A DNA stretch of 64,000 nucleotides from Eledone cirrhosa. Lineage: Eukaryota. Positions within the stretch are counted from its first letter, which is position 1. Each line of letters starts with the position of its first letter. The stretch is from positions 153,698,001 through 153,762,000 of the forward strand of contig OZ024743.1 in the NCBI GenBank assembly GCA_964016885.1, given 5' to 3'. The translations under genes were made by a program, and so were the position numbers. Below are positions 9,884-21,400 of this stretch, one piece after another. The notes below the pieces were generated by a model. It was not told the DNA's origin and did no database searches. It saw only the letters and a program-made list of their open reading frames with translations.

Positions 9884-12800
9884 GAGTAGGAAGTTTAAAT
9901 ATTCGCGGCCTGGGGTCACCCTAGAAGCAGGGTCGCCTGCTCAACGACCTCTGGTCGCTGGAAATGGATGTGATTGCCGTCAGCGAGACCAGAATTTCCG
10001 ACACACGCACACTAGCCCTCATTTTCGACGACTATCAGATCATCGCATCTGTTACAAGGCCGGGAATGAGAGGTGAGGTTGCAGTGTTGTTTAGGAAAGG
10101 ACTGGATCTGTAGGTAAGGTCGATTTTCCGGGACCCGGACGGTAAGTTGGTGGCCTTGGATATGAGCAGTAGCGAAGGTGGTGTCTTTAGACTGCTGGTC
10201 GTCTACGCCCCTACAGGGGCCGGACGGTCGGACTTCTTTAGGCGACTGGAGACCTTTCTGAGTACGTCTCGCCCTTTACTGTTAGCGGGGGACTGGAATG
10301 GCATCTTAGACGCACGCTGGGATTGTATGGGAGTAGCTGATAGGAGCGGGGGGGGGGTGCAAAAGCCTCAAGCACCTACTCAGTCAGTTCCAACTGTCTG
10401 ACAGGTATCGACTGGACTTCCCCAATGCGCCAGTATGGACATGGACCAACCGAATGGGGGTCATCTAGATCGTATATAGACAGGATGTTCATTAGGAAAA
10501 TAGATAGAAATAGTGTAGGCTGCCCACTGTTTAAAACGGTCGCCTATTCAGATCACAAATTTGTGATCTGTATGGTCGACCTAGATAAAACGCGTAGGTT
10601 GGGACCGTGTTACTGGAAGCTGAACATGTCATTTCCGGCACATAAGGCTTACAAGGACCGAGTCAACAATTTAGTTAAGCAAAAGTTGACGGAGGATCAA
10701 CAACAGATGATGGGGGGCTCTCAAAAGAGAGATTAGAGTAACTTCGATAGAGTTCAGCAAAGAACTAGCGTTAGAGAAAAATAGAAAGGAGGAGGAGCTG
10801 GTAGATAATTTAGACGAGGCTATTTGTAATGGCATTGCAATTGACGTGCTAGCGGCGCGAATGGCATTAGACCATTTCTTCAATGCGAAACCGCGAATGT
10901 TGCATTGTCAGAGCTAAGGCGCGTGCGCTGAGAAACGAAGGAACCAAAGCTGTTCGATGGGCCCGCGTGGGGGAGGCGCAGCGTGATAATAAAAACACAC
11001 TTCGCTCTTTGGCGGACCTAGACGGACACGAGATAAGCGATTCCAAGTGGATGTGTGAGGCCTTTCGCCATTTTGCTCGGTTGTTCGGGAGAGTGGCGAG
11101 TCATAGAGAGTAGCGGACTTCAGTCCCTAAGTTGACGGCTTGCCGCGCATCTCGACGGTCGACGCTGAGCGATGCGAAAGGCAAATTACTTCAGCCGAGA
11201 TTCAGGATGCCCTTGTCGGCTGCATGAGGCGCAAGCGACCCGGTTTGGATGGTCTGCCCTACGAGCTTTACGTAAATATGCCAGACTTTTTCTCCAATCT
11301 CCTCGAAGCCCTCTACTGCAACTGGCAGCAAAACGGGAGTATTCCCAGTTCTGTGAGCCGGGCGTAGTGACGCTGATAAGGAAAGACGAAAACAAGAGGG
11401 ACACATTAGACAATTTCAGGCCCATAACTCTGCTCAGTTTAAGATTTTGGCCAGGGTGTTAGCGAAGAGGTTGGCGCTTGTCGTTGGGGATTTGGTTGGG
11501 GAGGCGCAAACTTGCGCAATCCCAACCAGGTCCATACACGACAACCTCCACCTAATGCGATACATCATAGAAAGGGTAGGGTGTAAACCTGGCTTCGGTG
11601 GGGCTCTGATCAATTTAGATCAATGGAAAACATCGATAGGGTCAACCATCGGTACCTGGAGGTTGTCCTCAATGCGCCTGGCTTCGGCCATGTCTTCAGA
11701 AGCTGCATTGCTGCAATGCATAGCGGCACCTGCTCGATTGTCAAAATTAATGGTCACCTCTCGGAACCGTTTCAGGTCTCCCGATCGGTCCGTCAAGGGT
11801 GCCCTCTCTCCTCCCTTCTGTACGTATTGACTCTCGAGCCTTTACTGCGGAAGCTTAAGCTGTTGCAGGGCATCCCACTCGAACCGGGACGCGGAAAGGC
11901 TGTGACGACATCACCGTGATGGTGTTGGACACCTCAGAAATCGAGGTGGTCGGCAACTTATTGGAGGAATATGAAAGTTTGACGGGAGCAAAACTTAACC
12001 CGGAAAAGTCGGTGGGCTTGCAACTCGGCACCTAGAGAGGCAAGTCCATGCCGTCCAACAGCGTCGTTAGGCGCTGGACGGACGGACCGGTAAAGTTGCT
12101 AGGGGTTTGGTTCGGGCCAGACCTCCAGGTGGGTAAGAATTGGGACGAGGTGACGGGCAGGGTAGCCAGTCTCACCCAGAAATGGGCTGGTATGAAGCTA
12201 TCACTGAAAGGTCGGGCGGAGGTGGCGAACGCGTACATCGTGTCCGTCATCTATTACCGTCTGACCATCGTCCTTTGCCCCCGTTCGCGCCTCGCCATCC
12301 TGGAGCGGCTCCTCTTCAAATTCTTGTGGAGAGGTCAGGTTCAGCTGGTGGGGCGGTCCATCTGCTGCCAGCATCCTCTACGTGGAGGGCTGGGCATGCC
12401 GTGGCTAATGATGCGCCGACACGCGCTGAGGCTGCGGCATCTCCAGATATTCTGCCTAAACGGTGAACAGGTGTGGTCGCCGTTTGTTAGACGGGCCTTT
12501 CCGCAGCTCGTTTCTTTGACTGAGCTTCAGTCCTGGGTCAAGAAGAGACCGAGACAGAGTGACTGGCATCTGGAATGTTGCCAGGCACTCACTGCCCTCT
12601 ACCAGGCGGGAAATGCGGTCTGTGGAACTTCCACTCTCGAGTTCTATAGAGGATTAGTGGTGGGCAAGTGCGACGACGCACTCGTAGAGGCTCTGGTAGT
12701 CAACAAAGTCGAACTAACCAGTTAAAACCGGAGGACCTTCGAGCCGGGGACGATGGATAATTTCCAAAAATCCATCGCTTGGCAGTGCTACCGGGGGGGG

Positions 12801-13287
12801 GGGGCACTGCCGGTTCGAGATAAACTCTACAGACACGGAAGTACTGTCAGACGGACCTGCCCGAGATGCGCGCAGAGCGACGAAACTGTTTTGCACGCAC
12901 TCGTCCAGTGTCCGTGCATTACTGACTTGTGGAGTTATGTTGAACAGCTGTTGTTGCGTGTAGAACGGATCCGGCTATCGGCCGAGTCCATTGTGAAGAT
13001 CGACCCGCCGCCTTCTTTTGGCCAGGAACGGCAGGCAATTTTCCTCTGTCTGGTGGCAGTAGCGAAAGAGGTTGTATGGTGGACGATGTTGAAAGGACTG
13101 AAGACAGACACTTTTCTCTTCGGCCAATCCCTCATCAACTTTTTCAAGTTTCAGTTGGAAAGGAAGGTGAGGGTGGAGAGAGAAGTGCCCCCCCCCCCCC
13201 CCAGGACATAGTACATTTGCTGATACGTGGGTGAATGTGACGAGAATGGCCCGTGTGAGTGGGCCTACTCTGGTCATGCGGCTGTAG
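9871..13287 (+). pseudogene. Tx1-A ORF2 (APE-RT-CCHC), disrupted
   Basis: Motifs VVYAPT, AGDWN, SYIDR, SDHK, YWKLN, PGLDGLPYELY, QTCAIPTRSIHDN, SVRQGCPLS and CPRC-x8-H-x4-C, with many frameshifts. Confidence 0.9.
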
Positions 13288-13581
13288 GTTGGTAAATTTG
13301 AGAGGAGAGACGTGCCCTTCCAGGGTGCTCTCGAAGCATCGGATCGTTCAGGACTGGTGGGGTACCTGAGCGAACCCTAGGTGGTCATCGCCCCTATTGG
13401 GGAATTTTTTCTTGTTGTAATTTTATTGTTACTTTATTGTTACTTTGTTATTGTTACTTTATTGTTATTCATATTGTTTACTCGATTTTTCTTTAAAACC
13501 CCACTGTCCCAGTCTTTTGTATTGTCCCCTATATGTCGGCCTTTGTGGCCAATGAATGAAATCATCATTATTATTATTATT

Positions 13582-15692
13582 AGGAGCTGTGGCGCTGCTG
13601 AGAAAGGATCCGAACAAGGGGGATAACATAGATAATTTTAGGCCCATAACTCTGCTAAACACAGAGTTCAAGATTTTGGCCAAGGTGCTAGCAAAAAGGT
13701 TGGCGCTTGTCGTTGGTGGTCTGGCGGGAGAGGCGCAGACATGCGCCATTCCCGACAGATCCATCCACGACAACCTCCACCTCATGCGATACATCGTAGA
13801 GAGGGTAGCTGGGGAACCTGGCACGGGTGGGTCCTTGATCAATTTAGATCAGTCTAAAGCTTTCGATAGGGTCGACCATCGTTACTTAGCGGCAGTCCTG
13901 AGGGCGGCTGGGTTTGGGCCCGTCTTCAGAGGCTGGACAGCGACATCTGCTCTGTGGTGAGAGTGAACGGTCACCTTTCGGAACCGTTCAGCATCATGCG
14001 CTCGGTCCACCAATGATGTCCTCTCTCGTCGCTCTTGTACGTATTGACTCTCGAGCCGTTACTGCACAAACTGAAGACGTTGAGGGGGTCCCGCGCGAAC
14101 TAGGATGCGGAACATCCGTGTCAGCATATGCGGACGATGTCATTGTAGTGGTGACGAACGCCAAACACATCGAGGCGATCGGCACTACACTAAGAGAATA
14201 CGAAGCGGTGACATGAGCAATGATCAACCAGGAAAAGTCAGTGGGCCTGCAGCTTGGCATCTGGAGAGGCAGGTCCATGCCGTCCAACAGCGTCGTCGGG
14301 CGCTGGACAGACGGACCGGTTAAATTGCTCGGGGTCTGGTTCGGTCCGGACCTCCAGACAGACAAAAACTGGGACGAGGTGACGAGCAGGGTGGCTTCTC
14401 TCACCCAGAAATGGGCGGAGAGGAACCTATCCCTGAAAGGTCGAGCGCAGGTGGCTAACGCATACATCGCGTCCGTCATCTACGACCGCCTGACCGTGGT
14501 ACCTTGTCCTAAGCCCCGCCTGACTGAGCTGGAGCGTTTGCTCTTTCGCTTTTTGTGGAAGGGACGCGCTCCGATGGTCAGGCGTCCATCTGCTGTCAAC
14601 ACCCGCTACGTGGAGGGCTGGGAATGCCGTGGCTGATGATGCGCAGACACGCGATCAAGCTACGACATCTCCTGGGTCAAGCGAAGACCGAGAGGAAGCG
14701 CTTGGAGGCTGGAATGTCTTCAGGCGATCACAGCCCTCAACCAATCGGGCAATGTGATCGGTGTAAACTCCACCTTGGCGTTCTATAGAGGAATAGTGGA
14801 AGGGAAGAGCAACGACGTACTTGGGGAAACTCTAGGCGTCGACGAAAATGAACTAGCCAATCTCTTCGGAAGAACTTTCGGGCCGGGGCCTATGGACAAC
14901 TTCCAGAAATCCCTGGCCTGGCAGTGCTACCGAGGAGTATTGCCAGTTCGGGATAAACTCTACAGGCATGGAGGTGCCGTCAGCCGGGCATGTCCGAAAT
15001 GTGCGCAGGGCGACCAAACCGTCCTGCACGCACTCGTCCAGTGTCCGAGCATTGCTGACATGTGGGTTTATGTCGAATACATGCTGTCGCGTGCAGGACG
15101 GATCCAGCTATCAGCTGAGTCTATCGTGAGGATTGCCCCGCCCTCTTCCTTTAGTCGGGAAGGGCAGGGAGTTTTTATCTGTTTGGTGGCCATGGCGAAA
15201 GAGATAGTATGGTGGACACGTTTGAAAGGGCTGAAGACGAGCATTTACCTATTCTGTGATGCCCTGATTGACATTTTCAAATTTCATTTGAAGAGGAACA
15301 TCAGGGTAGAGAGGGAAGTGCTCTCTTCCCAACATTTTGTTGAAAGATGGGTGAGAGAGGCAAGAATGGCCCGAGTGAATGGGCCTACTCTGAGTATGTG
15401 TCTGTAAATTAAAGGTGGAAAACTGGGAGAGGGCACTTGCCCTGGTGGTCAGGGTCACTGTGGCCTTTTAATGGGCTTTCTCCACGAATGTCCCTCGGAA
15501 GTCTCCCCCCTATTGGGGATTTTTTTCATTGTTCTATTATTACATCCTCTTTTTCTTGTTTTTTTACACGCAGAAATGCCCTTTTGTACCGTCCTGTATT
15601 GTCCTGTACTGTCCTTAATGTCTACTTTGTGTAAACCCTTGTGGTTAATAAAGAAAGCATTATTATTATTATTATTATTGTTGTTGTTATTA
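13582..15692 (+). mobile_element. 5'-truncated Tx1 LINE, subfamily C
   Basis: Starts in RT directly after (ATT)n: NFRPITLLNTEFKILAKVLAKRL, DQSKAFDRVDHRYL, AYADDV. Its 3'UTR closely matches 43827-44068 and ends in a (TTA)n tail. Confidence 0.92.
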
Positions 15693-15871
15693 CTCTTTGA
15701 GTCTCAGTCATTGATGTTAGTTAACTGGAAAGTTTGTTGAAATGAATATCAAGCCACTACCTGCAGCCTCAGATATTCAGGACGTATCGGAGGGTTCTTG
15801 CTGTTCCCAGCAAGCATGCCTTTTGAAGCGTTCCGAAAAGCGTGAAGGGGCCAATTTTCTTTAACCATCCC
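15693..15871 (-). mobile_element. R4/Dong-like LINE family alpha, ~180 bp 3' stub
   Basis: Same 3'UTR and C-terminus as 28881-30100, with (ATT)n on both sides. Confidence 0.88.
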
Positions 15872-15931
15872 ATTATTATTATTATTATTATTATTATATT
15901 ATTATTATTATTATTATTATTATTTGTATTG

Positions 15932-17835
15932 TTCTTTGAGTCTCATTCATTGATGTAATTTAACTGAAAAGTTTGTTGAAATGAATATCAAGCCGCTACC
16001 TGCAGCATCAGATATTCAGGACGTATCGGAGGGTTCTAGCCTGTTCTAAGCAAGGCTGCCTTTTGAAGTGTTCAAAAGCGGGCTGGACTAATCTTCTTTA
16101 ACCATCGTTGGAAACTCTTTGAGATAGTACCTAGTACACCTATGACAATCGGGATGACCTTGACTTCATGGCAGTTCCAAATCCCCTTTATCTCCCACTT
16201 TAAATCCTGGTATCGGTTAATTCTCTCCCTCTCCTTTTCTTGCATTCTCGTGTCAAATGAGCAGGCTACATCTACAATCAGGCACGATCTTTTTTCGTTG
16301 TCCAAAACCACCAGGTCAGGCCTATTGTGTTCTAATTTCTTGTCCGACTGTATCCTAAAATACCATATCACCTTCAGCTGATCGTTTTCTATCACAGACT
16401 CTGGCTTATGCTCATACCACTTCTCAGAATGTGGTAAATTGTTTACTTTGCATAGGTGCCAGTGGATCACCCTGCCCATCACATCATGTCTCCAGCCTTT
16501 ATAGTGAGTCTGGGCTAGGTATTTACACTCGGATACAATGTGAGCCACAGTCTCCTCTCTCTATCCACTAATCCTTCACAGTGGGCTAGCCTCCTTCTTG
16601 TAAATATGGTGTTTCACCCACTTCGATCTGAGGGCTGGCTGTTGCGCAGCCATTAGCATTCTTTCTGTAGCTTTTTTAAGGTCCCCTCTTTTTAACCTGT
16701 TCCATGTCTGTGGATCTCTAAATTCTGTTTTCTTAAAGAAGGTGCTATGAAGGGATTTTTCATGAAGGTTGCTCTACCTCCTAGTTGTTATTTCCTCCTT
16801 GGGCATCCCCTGGTCTATTGTCTTCTCCTTCGGTACACTTTTGAGCATTGGCTCCCTTCTGTCAGCCATGTATTTGTGCAGGTTGTTTTTCTCAATATGA
16901 ACACAGTCCTCTATGCTGATAATACCTCTTCCACCAACAGATTCCTTTACTTAAAGTCTATCGACATCACTCCTCTTGTGAAACATGTTGTAGATAGTCA
17001 TTGGCTTCCTAGTCTTCCTATCCATGTTCTTTTGTTCAGCAACATACCATTTCAGAATTCTCGTACTGAACCCTATAATTGTTTCTGCTTTGGCAGAAGA
17101 CCAGCAATTATCCCAGTTTATTACTGGTACTTTATTTTATCGACCCTGTAAGGATGAAAAGCAAAGTTAACCTCGGCGGGATTTGAACTCAGATCATAAA
17201 GGGCCGTAACTCTTTGCTGCAAAGCATGGCATCCGAGCCTCTAACTATACTGCCAATCTAATAATAGACACAGCTCTGGAATTTACTGCACTTATGACTT
17301 TCCTACTATTTAGATGTGACTTTAATACGTTCCTTACTCTCCTTATGTATTCAGATCTTATCAATTCCTTCATTTTTTTGTTCTTGATATCATCTGCCTC
17401 CAGAACACCTAAATATTTGTATCCCTCTTTAGTATCAATTTCCTTTATCATCTCACCTGTTGGTACCTGGATTCCGTTGCTTCTGCTCAATTTACACCTC
17501 TTCATCACTAGGACTCCACACTTATTAATACCAAAATCGATACATATATCATTGCTGAAAATACGGAGAGTGTCAATAAGTACATCCAACTCCTTCTCAC
17601 TCTTCCCAAACAGTTTAAGATCATCCATGAAGAGCAGGTGGTTGATGGTAAGCTCTCCTCTTCCAAACTTATATCCTGTTCTCACCTTTGGCAATATAAG
17701 GGACAGGGGTATCATAGCAAGGACAAAAAGCAGAGGGGACAAACTATCTCCCTGGAAGGTCCCTCTCTTGATCTTCACGCCTTCTAAGGATTCTCCACCT
17801 GATGTTAACTGTTTCCCAGTACTTCAGACTTATGC
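15932..17835 (-). mobile_element. 5'-truncated R4/Dong-like LINE family alpha, interrupted by a SINE
   Basis: RT motifs FQGDSLSPLLF and HLLFMDDLKL. RLE motifs RHD and NRPDLVVLD...LIVDVAC...RYQDLK. Confidence 0.92.
17074..17257 (-). mobile_element. tRNA-derived SINE inserted into the Dong ORF
   Basis: Reverse complement matches the SINE at 18223 and 44345. It interrupts the Dong sequence CC|TAATAATAGACAC, which is intact at ~30020 and ~34348. Confidence 0.9.
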
Positions 17836-17878
<43 letters not shown>

Positions 17879-17879
<1 letters not shown>

Positions 17880-18200
17880 CGCTTTTTGTGAAAGGGACGT
17901 GCTCCCATGGCCAGACGATCCATTTGCTGTCAACACCCGTTGCGTGGAGGACTAGGCATGCCGTGGCTGATGATGCGCAAACATGCTCTGAAGCTGCGAC
18001 ATCTCTGGTGCTTCCTTGAATAGGTGTGGTCGCCGTTTCCCAGACGCGCTTTTCCCCAGCTCGTCTACTTGACGTAGCTGCAGTCCTGGATCAGGAAAAG
18101 ACCAAGGGATAGCGTTTGGAAGCTGGAATGTCTCCAAGCGCCCACCGCCCTCTTCCATCTGAGCACTAGTATCGATGGGACGTCCACCTCGATGTCCACC
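17879..18200 (+). mobile_element. Internal Tx1 ORF2 fragment
   Basis: Homologous to the FRFLWKG...CCQHPLRGGLGMPWLMMR region, with (ATT)n on both sides. Confidence 0.85.
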
Positions 18201-18222
18201 ATTATTGTTATTATTATTATTT

Positions 18223-18470
18223 TTTGGCAGTATCGGTAGAGGGTCGGGCGCCATGCTTTGACGCATAGAGTTACGGTCCTTGCCATTCTGAGTTCAAATC
18301 CCGCCGAGGTTAACTTTGCCTTTCATCCTTACGGAGTCGATAAAATAAAGTACCAGTAATGTACTGAGTATTTGCTGGCCTTGTGCCAATAGCAGAAACA
18401 ATTATTATAAGACGGCGGTAATTGCTGGCCTTGTGCCTAAAGTAGAAACAATTATTATAAGACGGCGGTA
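18223..18470 (+). mobile_element. tRNA-derived SINE with duplicated 3' tail
   Basis: A-box-like TGGCAGTATCGG, B-box GAGTTCAAATCC, central GCCGAGGTTAACTTTGCCTTTCATCC...GATAAAATAAAGTACCAG. The tail GGCCTTGTGCC...AGAAACAATTATTAT occurs twice. Confidence 0.88.
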
Positions 18471-18479
18471 ACTACGGCG

Positions 18480-21400
18480 GAGTAAGTTAGTCGAATTTTT
18501 ATGAGTTATCGAAAGTTCTATATAATAATTTTTACATCGGTGTGTAGGTAACGAACCCCTCTGTTAAAGAAGGTGGGTTTTTTAACTGTATCTCGTGCCC
18601 TTGAGTGCTAAATTTGCTTTTATTTACAATCATAACCCCCAAATTTTGTTTTAAAAAACATGGCGGACAAAAAATATGGTTCACAGGGAGGAACAGCGAG
18701 TTGTTCGGAGAGTGGAACAGCCAGTTCCACCTAATCACAAGGCAAAGTAAAAAAGAAGAGAAACAGCAGCGACAGCGACAGTGGTAGTGACAACAGCAGC
18801 AGCAGCCACTGGAACAGTAGTAGTGGAAATTACAATGAAAATTTCCCGGCGTTACAAAAATCAAACAACAACACCCCCACCATCACCGCAATAACAACAA
18901 TAATAACAGCAACAGCCATAAAGAATCCAAAGAACAACAACTATAACAGCGGCAACACAGAGGGGGAAAAAAACACCAACGACGGCAACAAAGACAAAAC
19001 TAGTGATGAGTCAACACAAATCAAAACAAACACGTCTTTCGCTTAAGCGACAAACAATTTTGAACAAGTACACATCACAAACAAAGAGATAAAACAAGCA
19101 AAGGTTTTGGTTAAAAAGACCTGGCACAGGATAAGTCTCAACCGCCTAGCTGAGATAATAAGAAACAAGATGTTGTGTTCGGTCAGTTATCGCACGATCG
19201 GATTAAAATCGCGAGTTGAACGGGCAACGGAGTCACAGGTCCGAAGTGCTATGGGCACCGTTTGGGCACAGAAAACATATATAGCTCGGGGATCGAGATA
19301 TGGCACTGTGGTGTGCTCTTCGCTATACCAGAAGAAGCCAGAGCACATTTCATTGCGCCACTCTGCGGTGACGAAATCATAATGATGCCCACATACTGCG
19401 GCCAGAGAGTCATGAGAGTTCCGCCCTCAGTGGAGATGGCGTGGTTGACGGCGGCCGTCCTCGCTGACGTTGAGGATTCAACAACCATACTCAACGTCAT
19501 ACGAATAAGACAGGAACATTGGACAGGGTCGGGGATGGAGCTAATCATCCAAGCAAACCATGAGAGCATTGAGGCAATCCCCGATGTAATAGACGTGGAC
19601 AACGGCAGCCATCTACCCGTGACTGTCGAAGGTAGGTGTCCGAGGTGTCATGGATGCGGTGACAAGACGCATCTTAAGCCATGCTGCTCCAAACTTACCA
19701 AAACAGGCATGCACCACCCCTTCTCCCCACGCCGTGCCCCGCAACTGGAGCAGACAAACAAACAAAGAACAGAGTAGCAGAAGAAAAATCACCACCCCAA
19801 CAACAAAAGCACCATCTCTTCCACCACCCAGAGAACCAATGGTAAGCATATCCGTTCCTGATATAGCTAAATCGGACAAGGAGTGCGATGAGGCTGAAGA
19901 GTGGAGGACTATTCCAACAAAAAAAGGAAGAACTCTCTACCACCCACACCCACACACACACACCAAAAAAAGAGGAAAAAAGATCCCTAAAAAAAAGAAA
20001 ATGAAAACTACCCCACCTCTCCACCACCATCAACAGCTACGCCCCACAACCACCTACACCATCACCACCACCACAAACAACACCACCGCCACCACCACCA
20101 CCACTGACACTACCACCACCGCCACCCTTAGCATCTACCCATCGTCATCTCCAACAACATGACAGCAAACACAGAAAGCACCAAACACCCAAACAGCAGA
20201 CACAATACACAGCCATAGACACAGACAACACAAAACTTTTAAATTACATTCAACACCACACCAACATCACAGAAACAAACTACGTACAAACCACCAAAAT
20301 TGCACCCCCCACACACATAAAATAATAGAAATTACACAAAAAAATTACATAACATTAAAAAAATGTTCCTCACATCAATTGGAGACTACCGAGGGAACAT
20401 CACCAAAAGAATATTCAGGAATATTCTCGTGGAGAAACCCACCAATGGTCGAAGGGATAGATCACCCACCCGCTTCCTAAAGAAGAGCCACAAGTAATTT
20501 TTTGTACCTCTCCCCTCTCACTTGTTTTCCTCCTATCCTAGCCAACATGGCTTCTCTCAGAATGGGTAGCATACATGTACGTGGCCTGGGGCCGTCTTGG
20601 AAGCAGGGCCACCTGCTGAACGATCTCAGGTCGCTAAACATAGATGTTGCCATCAGCGAGACCAGAATCTCCGAGGCACGGGCATGCGCACCCATTTTCG
20701 GCGACTACGGGGTGTATACATCTCCAAGCCGTCCCGGATCTGGAGAGGGGGAAGTGGCTGTGTTGTTCCGGAGAAGTCTTGGACCCAGAGGGTAAGTTGG
20801 TGGTACGGGACGTGACCAGCAGAGAAGGACAAGCTTTCAGGCTAGTGGCCGCTAAGCCCCAACAGGAGCAGGACAGCCTGAATTCTTTCGGCGTCTGGAC
20901 CTTTCTTGGAACGTCCCGCTCTCTAGTGTTAGTGGGCGACTGGAATGGGATCTTAGATGCACACTGGGGTTGTGTGGGATTAGCGGATAGGGGATGAGGG
21001 TTTAAAAGACTCACAAACCTACTCAGGTGTATTCAATTGTCGGACAAATACCGATTGGATTTCCCGAATGTGCCAATGTGGAAATGGACAAACCGTATCG
21101 GGTCATCCAGATCATATCCTGATAGAGTATTTTGTAGGGAAATAGATAGGTCTAGCATAGGCTGTCCACAATTCAAGATAGTCAGCTACACGGACCTCAA
21201 ATTCGTGATCTGTGTGGTTGACTTAGATAGGATTCATAGACAGGGACCCGGCTACTGGAAGCTAAACGCGTCATTAAGAGCACGCAAGGCCTACAGAGAC
21301 CGGATTAGCGAACTAGTTAAGCAGGCGTTGACGGACGCCATCGTCAACAAAAAATGGTGGTTTGCGCTGAAAAGAGCGATTAGAATAGAGTCCATTAGGT

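Larger units (their letters stand above)
7827..13581 (+). mobile_element. Full-length degenerate Tx1-clade LINE, subfamily A
   Basis: ORF1 with a CFDCGEATHLRTFC knuckle, then ORF2 with APE, RT and CCHC, a 3'UTR and a (TTA)n tail at 13561-13581. The 5' end abuts (TTC)n at ~7796-7826. Confidence 0.9.

Noticed and set aside
18223-18310. tRNA gene (A and B boxes)
   Set aside because: No cloverleaf or acceptor stem; it continues into a SINE body and tail and is multi-copy.
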